Positions 1 through 11,000 of a stretch of 60,367 nucleotides of DNA are shown one piece after another. The position numbers were made by a program, and so were the translations under genes. The DNA is from a virus (taxonomy: Duplodnaviria; Caudoviricetes). The stretch is from the IMG/VR virus record IMGVR_UViG_3300011335_000506, positions 1-60,367 of that record. One strand, 5' to 3'. Position 1 is the first letter of the stretch. Each line of letters starts with the position of its first letter. The notes below the pieces were generated by a model that saw only the letters and a list, made by a program, of their open reading frames with translations, did no database searches and was not told the origin of the DNA.

Positions 1-204
1 GAAGGAGACGGCAAACGAGATAGCCAGGAAAACTGACTGTTTCATTGGTCGTCGGTATTTGGATATAGTTGCAGATACTGAAGAGTATTGTGCAAGTGAT
101 CTATACAGAGTAAAGAACATCTTCGTAACCGACACGCTTGGCGAATACAGACGCCTGATGCTAGTCGAGTGGTACGAAGGTGATAACGAACGATATCGAC
201 GCGA
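1..204. repeat. Terminal direct repeat (circular assembly overlap), copy 1
   Basis: Bases 1-204 match 60164-60367, with a few mismatches clustered near the contig ends. One ORF runs through the junction. Confidence 0.95.
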
Positions 205-553
205 CTCCTACGCGACTTACCCAACTCACGCTATGGTGTTTGGTATGAATAGGATGAAGCTGTGGCCTAAGCCATCTACAGCTATTACCAATGGTGTGAT
301 GATTGAAGGATATGCAATTCCTGGCGATACGTGGACGTATGACGTAAACGGAAACCCTTCAACAACCCCAGCTGATCAACAAGAGTGCCCATTACCTTCT
401 ATTGCACACGATTGCGTTGTTTACGGTGTACTCTACAAAAAGGCGATGCAGCAACGCGATATGGAAATGATTCCATATTACAAAGAAGAATACGAGCAGC
501 GTCTTGGCATGGTTGAAAGCTTCGCAAGCACATTTGCACGGAGGGCAACGTAA
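59..553 (+). CDS. Head-tail adaptor/connector-like protein, 3' part; true start at 60066 across the circular junction (about 216 aa)
   Basis: In frame with 60066 MTRSEIKRQ across the overlap. Follows the capsid genes. LWPKPS...IEGY...LP..AHDCVVYGVL pattern is typical of podovirus adaptors. Confidence 0.6.
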   Translation: MDIVADTEEYCASDLYRVKNIFVTDTLGEYRRLMLVEWYEGDNERYRRDSYATYPTHAMVFGMNRMKLWPKPSTAITNGVMIEGYAIPGDTWTYDVNGNPSTTPADQQECPLPSIAHDCVVYGVLYKKAMQQRDMEMIPYYKEEYEQRLGMVESFASTFARRAT

Positions 554-1293
554 TGGCGTTATCTATTGACACCCTTCGCGCAGAGACATACAAGATCCTC
601 AACGAAGCATCTAACAGCACAGTTGGCCAGTTGCCAGACGGTGTGGGTGGAGACACCTCAACCAGTAACGCAAACGTCAAGCAGTTTCTACTTGAGGGTA
701 TATCTGACCTCTGTCGTAGCTGTGTTTACAATGAAGTGAGTGCCACGTACACATTAACTAATGGAACCGCAAAAGTAGCATTAGTTAGTCCTGCAACAAT
801 CACTCCGACTGGTTCAGAGATGTGGTTCCCTACAGATGTCTTCATAGGCTCCACAAGGCTCACACACGCTAACGAACAGTCAATCAGGGCTAATGACCTG
901 TCGTACAGGACAACCGTCGCTACAGTGCCAGCAAACATTTTGTACTGGTATCGATCTGACAATTACCAGTTGAAAGCGTACCCAGGCAACAATACTGGTA
1001 GTTCACAGACATTGATTGTGTATGGAGCTGGAATTCCAGCTGCACCAAGTTCTGATGCTGCCAATGAAATATCGTTCTTGCCGGACGATTTGTTACGGCA
1101 AGTTGTCCCACAATACGCAGCAATTAAACTGATCATGAAGAACGTTGACGACCAGTCAATGGCTGATCGTATGATGTGGCGTAGTTGGTACGACGAACAT
1201 CGCATGCGTTTGTACATGCGACTCGATCCAGCATTAAAGGCGCCGTTTGGCCCATTTGCACTGCCGCCTGTTATGGGTACTGGTGGAAAATAA
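553..1293 (+). CDS. Second head-tail adaptor-like virion protein
   Basis: 246 aa, TAATG coupling. YWY...LKAYP...LPDDL...YAA pattern resembles the preceding gene. Confidence 0.5.
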   Translation: MALSIDTLRAETYKILNEASNSTVGQLPDGVGGDTSTSNANVKQFLLEGISDLCRSCVYNEVSATYTLTNGTAKVALVSPATITPTGSEMWFPTDVFIGSTRLTHANEQSIRANDLSYRTTVATVPANILYWYRSDNYQLKAYPGNNTGSSQTLIVYGAGIPAAPSSDAANEISFLPDDLLRQVVPQYAAIKLIMKNVDDQSMADRMMWRSWYDEHRMRLYMRLDPALKAPFGPFALPPVMGTGGK

Positions 1294-1589
1294 TGAACAT
1301 AGCCTGGGGCCGACTTATCCTACTTGCGATAGGTGCATTCTGCGCTTCAGCCGCTCCTGAGTTTGATGCTGCGTGGAAAGCGCAGCATATCCCTGATAAT
1401 GCGTCATTCGGCATGGTGACGAGAGTACTATTGTTGTGTAGCATAGAAGGCGTCAGGGCTGGTATACCCGCTATGACTACTGCGTTGATTGCCTTCTTTA
1501 TGCGACAAGATAGCAGCCTACCAGTGTTTTCAGTTAAACTACCGGAGGTGAAAAAGGTCAGTGAAACAACGAGGAACATCGATGGATAG
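1293..1589 (+). CDS. Small membrane protein (holin-like)
   Basis: Start MNIAWGRLILL is coupled to the upstream stop (TAATG). Two to three hydrophobic segments and a charged C-terminus. Confidence 0.45.
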   Translation: MNIAWGRLILLAIGAFCASAAPEFDAAWKAQHIPDNASFGMVTRVLLLCSIEGVRAGIPAMTTALIAFFMRQDSSLPVFSVKLPEVKKVSETTRNIDG

Positions 1590-1860
1590 AGATCAGCTAA
1601 TCGCAGGAGCCATTGGTGCAGTTGCTGGCACTGACTGGTGGGACAAAGCCAAAGTAAAAAACATTTGGCATGGTCTTGCTGGTGTAATCGTCGGCACGAT
1701 ATCAGCTGTATATCTCACACCTCTTATTGCTAAACAATTCCAATGGACAACACCTGAACAAGTTGTTGGCGTTGCATTTGCTGTTGGCACACTTGGACTT
1801 AGATCCGTTCAGTTAGTGAATGCAATGGCTGAAAAAATTGTAAAGAAGCTGGGCGAGTGA
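1582..1860 (+). CDS. Putative holin
   Basis: MDRDQLIAG..., 92 aa, 2-3 TM segments, basic C-tail KIVKKLGE, GAGGA RBS. Confidence 0.6.
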   Translation: MDRDQLIAGAIGAVAGTDWWDKAKVKNIWHGLAGVIVGTISAVYLTPLIAKQFQWTTPEQVVGVAFAVGTLGLRSVQLVNAMAEKIVKKLGE

Positions 1861-1982
1861 TGGCACTGTACGGAAGCAAGGCTGTTGCGGCTGGTGTCTC
1901 TGCTGCGATGAGTGCTGCGCTCGGCTTCTTGACGATGCCGTTCAAGGGTGTGCAGGCGAACAGTTTGAAGGTGGGCAAATGA
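1860..1982 (+). CDS. 40-aa hydrophobic ORF, possibly a remnant of a membrane-protein gene
   Basis: MALYGSKAVAAGVSAAMSAALGFLTMPFKGVQANSLKVGK. Overlaps both neighbours (TGATG and ATGA). Below the ORF-track cutoff. Confidence 0.45.
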   Translation: MALYGSKAVAAGVSAAMSAALGFLTMPFKGVQANSLKVGK

Positions 1983-2206
1983 ACTTTCGAGACATTATCA
2001 TTACCGCTCTTGAAAACTCACCCGGTAACTACAACATCAAGGGTGACATCCTTGATTATCAGTTTCACAAGATTGCAGACTTTGGTCCTGATGGAACCGA
2101 TGTTTTTGCTTGGTACGTTCAGCAGGATGAACAGTTTCAGTTGAATGTGGTTCAACAATTTATGACGTACATTGCAGCTGAAATCGTAGCGGGGACGGCT
2201 GAATAA
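1979..2206 (+). CDS. Hypothetical protein
   Basis: 75-aa ORF tightly packed in the operon. Confidence 0.65.
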   Translation: MNFRDIIITALENSPGNYNIKGDILDYQFHKIADFGPDGTDVFAWYVQQDEQFQLNVVQQFMTYIAAEIVAGTAE

Positions 2207-2208
2207 CT

Positions 2209-3888
2209 ATGGCGATTTATTATGTCCGTACGGACGGTAACGATTCTAATACTGGTACAGGTTCCGGTTCCGGTCAAGCGTGGCAAACCATCGCGAAAGC
2301 ATTAGGTGCTACTGGCATTGGCTCCGGTGATACTCTGTACATCGCTCCCGGTGACTACCGCCAGAATGCACAGATTACAATTGGTGGGACGTATACCGCT
2401 CCAACATTTGTCTATGGAAATCCGACCGCTTCACAGTTTAGCGGTATTACACCCGGTCGTGTCTTGATTACCACTAGGTTAATAAGCGATACAGGAGCAG
2501 CAAACGTCAATCAATATTTGTTTGTAATGACAAGTAAAGACTATCTAAACTTTGAAAACTTAATATGTGAAACGGCTACAAACAGAGGTCTATTTAGTCT
2601 TACAAACTGTGTAGAAATAAAATGGCGTAAATGTGTATTTATAAACTGTGGTGTAGACAGTGCCATTCAGGTTGCCGACAATACAACAAATGGACTTACT
2701 AAAAATTATCTTATCCAACAATGTCATTTTATAGGTTTTGGAAATGCCAACGTATATATCGATGGAACTATTGGTAAAAATAGCCCAGCAACACAAGATT
2801 ACGTTTACGGATTGACTGTTGATAGATGCGTTGGTGTAGGTAGCACAAATCATGTCTTTTCGATAAGTGGTGCAAATGCAACATATCAAGGGACTACATT
2901 AAACTTTTGGAATAACACAGGTATTGGTATTAGTTTTGGTCAAAGTGCAGGTAAATCTTTAGTTACGATAAGAAATAATGTAACTGGTCCAGCACAACCT
3001 ATAAATGTTACGTCAGGAACAGCAAACTGTACTGTTACTAATAACGTGGCAAGTAGTTTCAGCCTTGCTGCCGCAATAGTCCAATCAAACAACTTTGCGA
3101 ATGCCTATATCCCATTCAATACAGGTATTTGGCGTTTATGGGGAATGACACAGTACGACTGGTTTAGCGCGAACGGACTCTATTCCTACGCTGCCGGTTC
3201 ATCGACTGGTACTCCGGCTACGGACTTCTATGGAGACGCTTGGGCTGGAGGTACTCCGAACATCGGTTCGTACAATAACACAACCGCAACCATAGCAGGT
3301 CAATACAATCCGACAGAGCGCAACGCAAGCACCATCACAATTGCCCCCGGCTCAACATCCCAATCCATCGAACTCTACTTAGGTGCTACAGGTCTCACCG
3401 CCTCAACCTCAGGTCTCTCAGCTCGCTACAACAGAACACGCACAGCCTCTGTATCTATTCCGCTGGTAGCCCGTACAATCGGTCAGGCGTGGACTTCTGG
3501 TGGCTTTGCAGAGGTTGACGCAACCAATATGCCGGGCGTGTATCGCTTAGACCTGCCTGATGCTGCACTGGCTGCTGGTGCTGACGATGTCACAATCGTG
3601 GTGCGTGGTGCTTCTGGTACTAACGGTGCGGTGATGACGGTCAAACTGAGCAGTGGTGGCTTGACGGAAGCGCAAACGGCAGACGCTATTCTAAATCGCA
3701 AGTTAGACAGTACAGGTGACGGCACTGACACGCTCAACGAACGTACCGTTCGTAGTGCATTGCGAGCAATGCGTAATAAGGTGTCTGTAGGAAATGGCAC
3801 AATGACTGTATACAAAGAGGACGATTCAGCCACTGCGTGGACAGGTTCTTTGTCAAATACTGCTGATGTAACGGTAGATCCGTCGTAA
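2209..3888 (+). CDS. Tail fibre/spike with right-handed beta-helix (pectate-lyase-like fold)
   Basis: YYVRTDGND..AWQTIAKAL..GDTLYIAPGDY beta-helix start and Asn-rich strands. C-terminal modules shared with 5272-6471. Confidence 0.7.
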   Translation: MAIYYVRTDGNDSNTGTGSGSGQAWQTIAKALGATGIGSGDTLYIAPGDYRQNAQITIGGTYTAPTFVYGNPTASQFSGITPGRVLITTRLISDTGAANVNQYLFVMTSKDYLNFENLICETATNRGLFSLTNCVEIKWRKCVFINCGVDSAIQVADNTTNGLTKNYLIQQCHFIGFGNANVYIDGTIGKNSPATQDYVYGLTVDRCVGVGSTNHVFSISGANATYQGTTLNFWNNTGIGISFGQSAGKSLVTIRNNVTGPAQPINVTSGTANCTVTNNVASSFSLAAAIVQSNNFANAYIPFNTGIWRLWGMTQYDWFSANGLYSYAAGSSTGTPATDFYGDAWAGGTPNIGSYNNTTATIAGQYNPTERNASTITIAPGSTSQSIELYLGATGLTASTSGLSARYNRTRTASVSIPLVARTIGQAWTSGGFAEVDATNMPGVYRLDLPDAALAAGADDVTIVVRGASGTNGAVMTVKLSSGGLTEAQTADAILNRKLDSTGDGTDTLNERTVRSALRAMRNKVSVGNGTMTVYKEDDSATAWTGSLSNTADVTVDPS

Positions 3889-3907
3889 AGTAAGTAGGAG
3901 AACATTA

Positions 3908-4165
3908 ATGCGTAGCACACTACAAATTACAGGCGCGACAACTACTGAAAACGGATCAATTGCTATTGAATTCAACAATGGTCAAGTCATTACGCTTACG
4001 GATCAACAGTGGCATGACGAGATATATCAATGCCAGACAAACTATCCAACAGCTTTAATGCGTTCATTGTTGGTGCAAGAGTATCTTGTTACTGCAACAA
4101 CTGGTGGAGAAGCAATCTTTGATACAAGTGCACCTAATGGGGCATGGATAGAAAAAATTGGCTAG
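3908..4165 (+). CDS. Hypothetical protein (tail module)
   Basis: 85 aa with AGGAG RBS. Confidence 0.65.
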   Translation: MRSTLQITGATTTENGSIAIEFNNGQVITLTDQQWHDEIYQCQTNYPTALMRSLLVQEYLVTATTGGEAIFDTSAPNGAWIEKIG

Positions 4166-5270
4166 AGTAGACTTTATCCATCCTTGGTTTTTGCCACAAC
4201 CAACGACTACGACTGGCACCAATAGTAAAAAGATACAAGCCACTGGTGATTATGTAGCGTGTATTAGGCAAGCTGAAGAAGCGGATACGATTACCAAGGT
4301 TGGTTTCTATCACGATGTTCGTGGAACAAACGCTACACCGGGTACTTGTCGTGTTGGAATACAGTCAGTAAACACAAGCGGTGACCCAAGTGGGACGTGG
4401 TTAGGGTATACAGATTACACTGCAAACGCAACTAACTTCCCTAACTTCAGTGGTGTAAACCTAGACATAACAGCAAATGGAACTGCGTCAGTAACTAGAG
4501 GGCAGTTGTATGCCATTGTTGTATATGCACAATCTGGTACTTGGGATGCGTCAAACAACTTGCAGTTTACGACTACGTATGCTGGTGCTGGCCAGTACAT
4601 AACAGCTTTTCCTACCGTGAAGGCGATTGTCTCTGGTGCTGCTAGTAACCATAACGCTACTCAACCTCACGCCAATATGTATTGCGAATCAAGTAGTGCA
4701 ACATACGGTAATCCACAGGTTACGCCTACTAGTCAGGCGTCATATAACAGTGCTTCATCACCAGATGAAATCGGAGTCAAGTTTAGCCTAGAGTCATCGT
4801 GGACAACGAATTTCAATATCTTGGGAATCCAAGGCATATTAGGTGTTACTAACAGTGCTGCGACAGGAACTTTAAAACTGTATGACAGTTCAAGTAATTT
4901 ATTGCAAAGCAAGTCATTCACTTCAACGGAGTTGTTTGCTGGTTCAGCGGCCAATCTACAGCGCACGTTAATGTTCGACACGACAGCATTAGAGAATTTG
5001 ACACCGGGAAGTACATATAGAATCGCTATAGAAGCAACTGCTGCGTCTTTAGGATTTACGACTATGTTGTACGTAAACTTCCCAAACAATACTGTTATTA
5101 GAGCGTTTACAGGTGGTGGCACATACCAGAAGACAGAACGAGCTAACGGTGGAGCTTGGACTGATACAGATACATTGGTTCCAGCTTGGAAGTTATTGAT
5201 CAGTGCTGCTACGGCAAATAGTGGTGGGTTGCTAGTACACCCCGGCACTGGTGGAGGCATGAGAGGATAG
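4158..5270 (+). CDS. Virion structural protein with two beta-sandwich-like repeats
   Basis: 370 aa, S/T/G/N-rich. Internal duplication pattern (VTRGQLYAIVV vs LTPGSTYRIAI). Confidence 0.5.
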   Translation: MARVDFIHPWFLPQPTTTTGTNSKKIQATGDYVACIRQAEEADTITKVGFYHDVRGTNATPGTCRVGIQSVNTSGDPSGTWLGYTDYTANATNFPNFSGVNLDITANGTASVTRGQLYAIVVYAQSGTWDASNNLQFTTTYAGAGQYITAFPTVKAIVSGAASNHNATQPHANMYCESSSATYGNPQVTPTSQASYNSASSPDEIGVKFSLESSWTTNFNILGIQGILGVTNSAATGTLKLYDSSSNLLQSKSFTSTELFAGSAANLQRTLMFDTTALENLTPGSTYRIAIEATAASLGFTTMLYVNFPNNTVIRAFTGGGTYQKTERANGGAWTDTDTLVPAWKLLISAATANSGGLLVHPGTGGGMRG

Positions 5271-5271
5271 C

Positions 5272-6471
5272 ATGAAAAAAATCGTAAAACGTGGTGCTAC
5301 CAGTAACATACTCCGCGTATTCCTTTTAGATACAGCATCAACTACAGGTGCTGGTAAAACAGCATTAACAAGCACGTCTACCGGTCTGATTATTTCAACC
5401 ATAGCAGACAACGAAGCTACGGCCACTACGTATACAGCGGCTGCAACAAACGTTGAAACAGTCACTACACTTGGTACGTTTGCTGCGCCTACGGCTGGTA
5501 AGTGTAGGTTTCGTGAGGTAGATGCTACGAACTTTCCCGGCGTCTATGAGATTCATATTGCAGACGCTCGTTACGCAGTAGCAAACTCCACACAGTTACT
5601 TGTTAGTGTTCAATGTACTGGTGTAGCGCCAGTTATCGCAGAAGTACAACTTGTTGCTGTTGATTTAATGGATTCTGTCAGGCTTGGTATCACAGCACTG
5701 CCTAACGTTGCTGCAGGTGCAAACGGTGGTTTGCCATTAGGTAATGCATCAGGTGAAGTAACAGTTGGATCTCTTGCGACAACGGCGCAGACGAATACTG
5801 CTGCTGCTGTGTGGAATGCATTGCTTGCTTCCTATACAACATCCAACACCTTTGGAGCCAGACTTGTTAGGGTGAGATCAACGTCACCTTCTAATGAAGC
5901 GTTTATTACAAGTGCAAACCACATAGCTGCGGACGTGCATGAAATGCAACCAGCAGTTATTGTTGCTGCTGACTTCGCAGCAGGTGCTATTGATGCAAAT
6001 GCACTAGCCACTTCGGCTGTTACTGAGATTGCAGACGGCATACTACTCAGAAGTCTAGCAACGGCTGGCGCTGCCAACAATATCGCAATCACGTCCATTG
6101 TGTCCAACGTGTTCCAAGCGACCAACACATTGGCGGTTGATGATCGAGTTACGTTTGTGGGAACTGCGCCGACAAGTTTGGCACTGGGTGCTATCTACTG
6201 GGTAATTTCCGGAAGCTTGACATCAACAACGTTTACGCTTAGTACGACACAAGGTGGACTTGGCGTTGCAACAAGCTCTACTGGTGCGTTTACAGCAACT
6301 AAAGTATCAGGTCGAGACATGCTATCTGCTCTGCGATATTTGCGTAATAAGGTAGATATAAGCGGTAGTACAATGACGGTATATCAAGAAGACGACACGT
6401 CTGCTGCTTGGAACTCAGCATTAACTACTACTGCTGGTCTTAATCCTGTGACGTCGTCCGACCCAAGTTAG
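5272..6471 (+). CDS. Virion fibre/structural protein, paralogous modules with 2209-3888
   Basis: Shares EVDATNxPGVY and SALRxxRNKV...MTVYxEDD...DPS blocks. Confidence 0.6.
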   Translation: MKKIVKRGATSNILRVFLLDTASTTGAGKTALTSTSTGLIISTIADNEATATTYTAAATNVETVTTLGTFAAPTAGKCRFREVDATNFPGVYEIHIADARYAVANSTQLLVSVQCTGVAPVIAEVQLVAVDLMDSVRLGITALPNVAAGANGGLPLGNASGEVTVGSLATTAQTNTAAAVWNALLASYTTSNTFGARLVRVRSTSPSNEAFITSANHIAADVHEMQPAVIVAADFAAGAIDANALATSAVTEIADGILLRSLATAGAANNIAITSIVSNVFQATNTLAVDDRVTFVGTAPTSLALGAIYWVISGSLTSTTFTLSTTQGGLGVATSSTGAFTATKVSGRDMLSALRYLRNKVDISGSTMTVYQEDDTSAAWNSALTTTAGLNPVTSSDPS

Positions 6472-6481
6472 GAGAATGTAG

Positions 6482-6976
6482 ATGGCTGTTTATAATGTTT
6501 CGTTTTCTGAAAATGGTGCGCGTCAAGTACTGAACTGCTTTCGTGGTGGTGGCGCTGGTACAAGTATTACTGCTCCATCAGCTTTGTATGTAGCACTTCT
6601 CACAGGGACTGCTACCGACACTGATACCGGTGGTGGCCTTACAGAATTTACAGGCTACAGTGGTACTAACCGTCAAGCAATTACTTTTGGTGCGGCTGCT
6701 GTATCTGGAACTGGAACACTGGCAACTGCTCAGCGCATTGCATCTACAAACGCACCATCGTTTTCAATTACGTCTAGTGCGACAATTAGCGCCATTGCTA
6801 TTACAACTGTGCAAGCTAACGGCACTGCCTTGTCTTACATTGCTGGTGGTAACGTCATTTGGTATGGAGAACTTACAACCGGTACACCACCTAGCCAAAC
6901 CGCTACAACTGTAGCAGTTGTCAACACTGATACCCTAACGTTCAGTATTGGTAACATCACAATCGATCTATACTAG
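6482..6976 (+). CDS. Small tail/fibre-associated structural protein
   Basis: LYVALLT..GY..RQAITFGAA..GGNVIWYGEL..DTLTF pattern of a common phage minor tail family. Confidence 0.6.
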   Translation: MAVYNVSFSENGARQVLNCFRGGGAGTSITAPSALYVALLTGTATDTDTGGGLTEFTGYSGTNRQAITFGAAAVSGTGTLATAQRIASTNAPSFSITSSATISAIAITTVQANGTALSYIAGGNVIWYGELTTGTPPSQTATTVAVVNTDTLTFSIGNITIDLY

Positions 6977-6982
6977 TAACCT

Positions 6983-8038
6983 ATGGCTGCTCCTTTAGCT
7001 GGATTACGAGGCGGCCCAAGATTTGGTGTCTTGGGTCTTGCTTTTGGGTCTGGTGTACCAGCAGCTATAATAGGCACAGCTAACGGTGGTACTAGAGGTG
7101 CTATTAATGTATTACCACCAGCCAGAACAACATTAAGTCAAGCAAGGTTTTCGTCACGAGCTGACTTAAGTGCAACTAAATCAACAACTAGCACTCCTAC
7201 ATCTCAACTATCGTCTAGTTCGCAAGCATCTGCAACAGTTGTACGAACTAGATTTGCAATGGTACAGATGCAGTCTAGTGCAAGGATGGCTGCATTAGGC
7301 ACAGTCATTGTTAGCAAGACAGCAACATCAAACCTCAGTGGTAAGGCAAGTTCTGCAGCTTTAGTTTCTAGGACGAGGACGCCATTTGCTAATATAAGCA
7401 GCAAGGCATCGTTGGCGGATGATGTTACGAAGTTTGTCATTAAGTTGGCATCGTCACAGATGTCTGCAAAGGCAAGTAGCTCTGTCGCAGCAACAGTTAC
7501 TGCAGCGGTTGTAAAGACAGCTTCTTCGCAACAATCTGGAAGCGCCAGGATGGCATCCAGTGCGACTGTATTCTTTACCAGGATACAGACATGTAACTTA
7601 TCTAGTAGATCCAGTAGTAGTGCAAACGCTACTGTTATTCCGTCGCTTCAAGCACAGGCGCGTTTTGGTGGCAGTGCCAGTATGGCTTCTAGCCGATCAA
7701 TCGCGTTTATTATCAAGGCACAGTTCCAGTCAAGCGCAAGGTTATCTGTTACTGCTACTGGGCCAGTACCTGACTGTGAATGTCCACCTTGGCAGATCGA
7801 TCCAGCACCGGCATGTGGGTGGATAATCAACACGATTGAATGCGCAGATGGACTAGCACCCTTACCGTTTACTTTGCCTATGTTTAGACTGTATGACCTC
7901 AGTGAACTAGCTTCCGGTGGTGCATATCATCGCGGTGACGACATAACTTGTACAATATCAAGCGTACAAACACTAGCAAATGTAACGACTAGAGACGGAA
8001 CGCTGGTAAATGCTTTTGGAAAAAGAGGGTGTCAGTAA
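6983..8038 (+). CDS. Ser/Ala/Thr-rich repetitive fibre protein
   Basis: Degenerate repeats of about 25 aa (SxxSSxASxxA), with a Cys-containing C-terminus. Confidence 0.55.
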   Translation: MAAPLAGLRGGPRFGVLGLAFGSGVPAAIIGTANGGTRGAINVLPPARTTLSQARFSSRADLSATKSTTSTPTSQLSSSSQASATVVRTRFAMVQMQSSARMAALGTVIVSKTATSNLSGKASSAALVSRTRTPFANISSKASLADDVTKFVIKLASSQMSAKASSSVAATVTAAVVKTASSQQSGSARMASSATVFFTRIQTCNLSSRSSSSANATVIPSLQAQARFGGSASMASSRSIAFIIKAQFQSSARLSVTATGPVPDCECPPWQIDPAPACGWIINTIECADGLAPLPFTLPMFRLYDLSELASGGAYHRGDDITCTISSVQTLANVTTRDGTLVNAFGKRGCQ

Positions 8039-11000
8039 TGCCAGATAATACAAGGATGGTTGGTCGAGGTACACAGAGTTACACGCTCGGTGACCGTCGA
8101 TTTATTGGGCTTGATACAAACACTCCAGCAAACGCACTTGATGTTGGATTCTTCCCTGACTCTACAAACCTGTGGGTAGATGGGCTTGCTCTTGCTCCTC
8201 GTCCAGGCATGCAAGCACAGTTGGCTAGCTCGTTAGCTAACCCTATCTATTCATTGATTGGTTATAGGACTGCGGATGGATCTAGTAACCGACTGTTCTT
8301 TGTGTCTAGTACAAGTGTGTACATGCACACGGTTGGCACTACTACATCTACAGCACTATCTGGTACAGCTACTTGGACTGATGCTACACAGGTACGTCTA
8401 AAGCAACACGGTAAGTACATCTACGGAGTCCCAGGTAAAGCTGGTACAGCACTTTTCCGTATAGATGGGACACTGACTACGCCTGTACTTGAGACGATTC
8501 CTAACATACAGCCACCAACAATCAATGGTGTTGACTTCATCAAGCCAGTGCCAACGCTGCGTCCAGTAAAGATCAAGACTTTCGCGGCACAGGATCTCAA
8601 CGTTGCTGCCACAATATCAACTGGTGGATCTGCAGTCATCACTGGCACTAACACATTTTCAGCTGGTGATCGAGTTCAGTTGTTGACGTCGATCGGTACG
8701 AACCACCTAGCTAACACTACGTATTTTGTAATAGCCACAGGTCTTAGTGGTTCTGCATTCCAAGTCTCAGCAACACTAAACGGCACCGCAATCCTTGCAA
8801 GCACTACAGGTACGACAACGATCTCGTTAGTAAACGACATCGATAACTATTACCTGACTAAGCTTGAAAACGATTACGCAAAAACAGCAAACGCAGCATG
8901 GCCTAGTGTTTGGTCTAGTAACTTGATGAAGTTGACCACCGGCGCCACAACTGTCCCCTCTGGTGAGTTTGATGGATACGTCAATGGCGCAGACTCAGGC
9001 ACTGCCAACTTTGTAGCTGATTGGAATGTCAGCGGTGCTTCGGTTCACAACAATGAGAGTTGGGTAATCAATACTAATAAGACGATTACTTCTCCACCAG
9101 GCGCTGTGACATATGGCGCCAATACAAAGAAGTACCTCAAGTTAGATAACACTGGTGAGTATGCTCAACAGATAATCGAATATCTTCCTACGGAGAAAGC
9201 TCCACCTTCGTCAACATCAACAACAATTGGCTTGTATAACTTGCAGTTCTATTCGTTTGCAAACATCATCAAGTCTGAAGGTAGCGTCAAGTTTAAGGTG
9301 TCGGCATATGGGCAGAATGCTGATGGAGATATCCCAGGATGTGCTTTCAGCAAAGAATATACCCAAGCATATGCAGTCAATGAGTCTGACTGGTATCTTC
9401 GCGACATTGTTCTTGACTTCCGTGAGTTTGCCGCAAGTATTACTAAGATACGAATACGTTTTGAGAGCACTGCCATAATTGGCAGCCAAGACATCCTTAT
9501 CGATATGGTTAAACTGTTTGCTGTTGCGTCAAACCTTACAGCTATTGAACCAGCTACAGCATTGACTAACACAAATGGATTAGTTAACGTCCGCTTCCGT
9601 CAAACCAACCCAAACATCAGTCCAACTAAAGCAAGTTACGTAAAGAACAAACGTTTGCGTATCATGGCTACGACGGACACAGGTGGTGTGTTAGACGTTA
9701 GTAAGACTAACGCTCTCAGCTTTCAATGGGAGTTTGACTCTTCACTTGTAGACGAGAATGGCAACTACCCTAACGTTGTACTTGGATTGCAAGTTGGTAG
9801 CGAGGTCTACTGGTCTAGTATAGGTGAGTGGGACAGGCAAAACCGATACATGACGTTTGCCATGTATGAACTTACGTTGGCTCAGAAAACTGGCGTCTCT
9901 TACTTCCATATCAAGTTCCTTGACGACGTCCTAACGTTTGACAGCAAAATTGCATACACTCAGTCAAGCCTTGCATTCTCTATCGGTAACATGTCTCGCG
10001 ACTCTGCATTGCAAGGTAATGGAACATATGAGTATGCATTCACTCGTTGGTATCCATCATCTGCATCATCAGTGGCGCCAGGTGTATTACAAGCCGATCA
10101 GACATACGCTACTGGATTTGAAACAGGGTTGTCTGACATCAGTGCAACTGTAAACACCACAAGTGCATTGGCTAGTACAAGCGTTGTTCTAAATCCAAAC
10201 GATACAGCCGGATATGGATCAAACGTATGTATAGAGAAGCGCAAGATGGTTGTTGGTTCTGCAACAGATCTAGATACATGGGTGAGTACGTATGTTCCAG
10301 CTGCCTCTCAAATCAGAGTTATATCGACCACTGCTGCTCCTACATTCTCGTATGTCAATACCAGTGGTACTACAGTCAGCTCGATTACATGGAACAGCAT
10401 TACTGCACCTGATGGAACTACGTATTACGTTGGTACTTTGCCATCTGCTATACGGTACGTAACAGCCACTACGGAATCTATCTGGCTTGAGGGATACGTT
10501 GCGTATGGTTATTCTTCTACGTCAAAGTATTCACACGTCATTGTGTATCGTAGGAACAACGCACTATTCCCAGATGGTCGCTTCAGGCTTATTGCTGTAG
10601 TTCCTGTAGATGACACTACAACTACACTGCAGACAAAGACCGGAAACGGATGGACTGCAACTTACACTAACGGTACCTCACGAGAGATTACTCTTATTGA
10701 TGAAGTGCCAGATGATGCATTGTTCTATGAGACTGGGCCATATCAGCAAGGTACGTTCTTTGAGATCGGGCGTGACCCGATGCCACTGGGAACGTCAGCT
10801 CTTACTACATTCCAGAACAGGCTATGGGTTAGTAAGTCAAACAAGCTGTATGCATCTTGGGTCATAGATCAAACAGACGAGTACAAGATGTACACCACCG
10901 AGCTACCAGACTTGACTGAACCTGGTGTTCAAAAGAAGGGTGCTACGTTTAGCGTTGGCGGTAGGCAGGAAAAGGAAATCATTCTTGCCATGTGTCCAAT

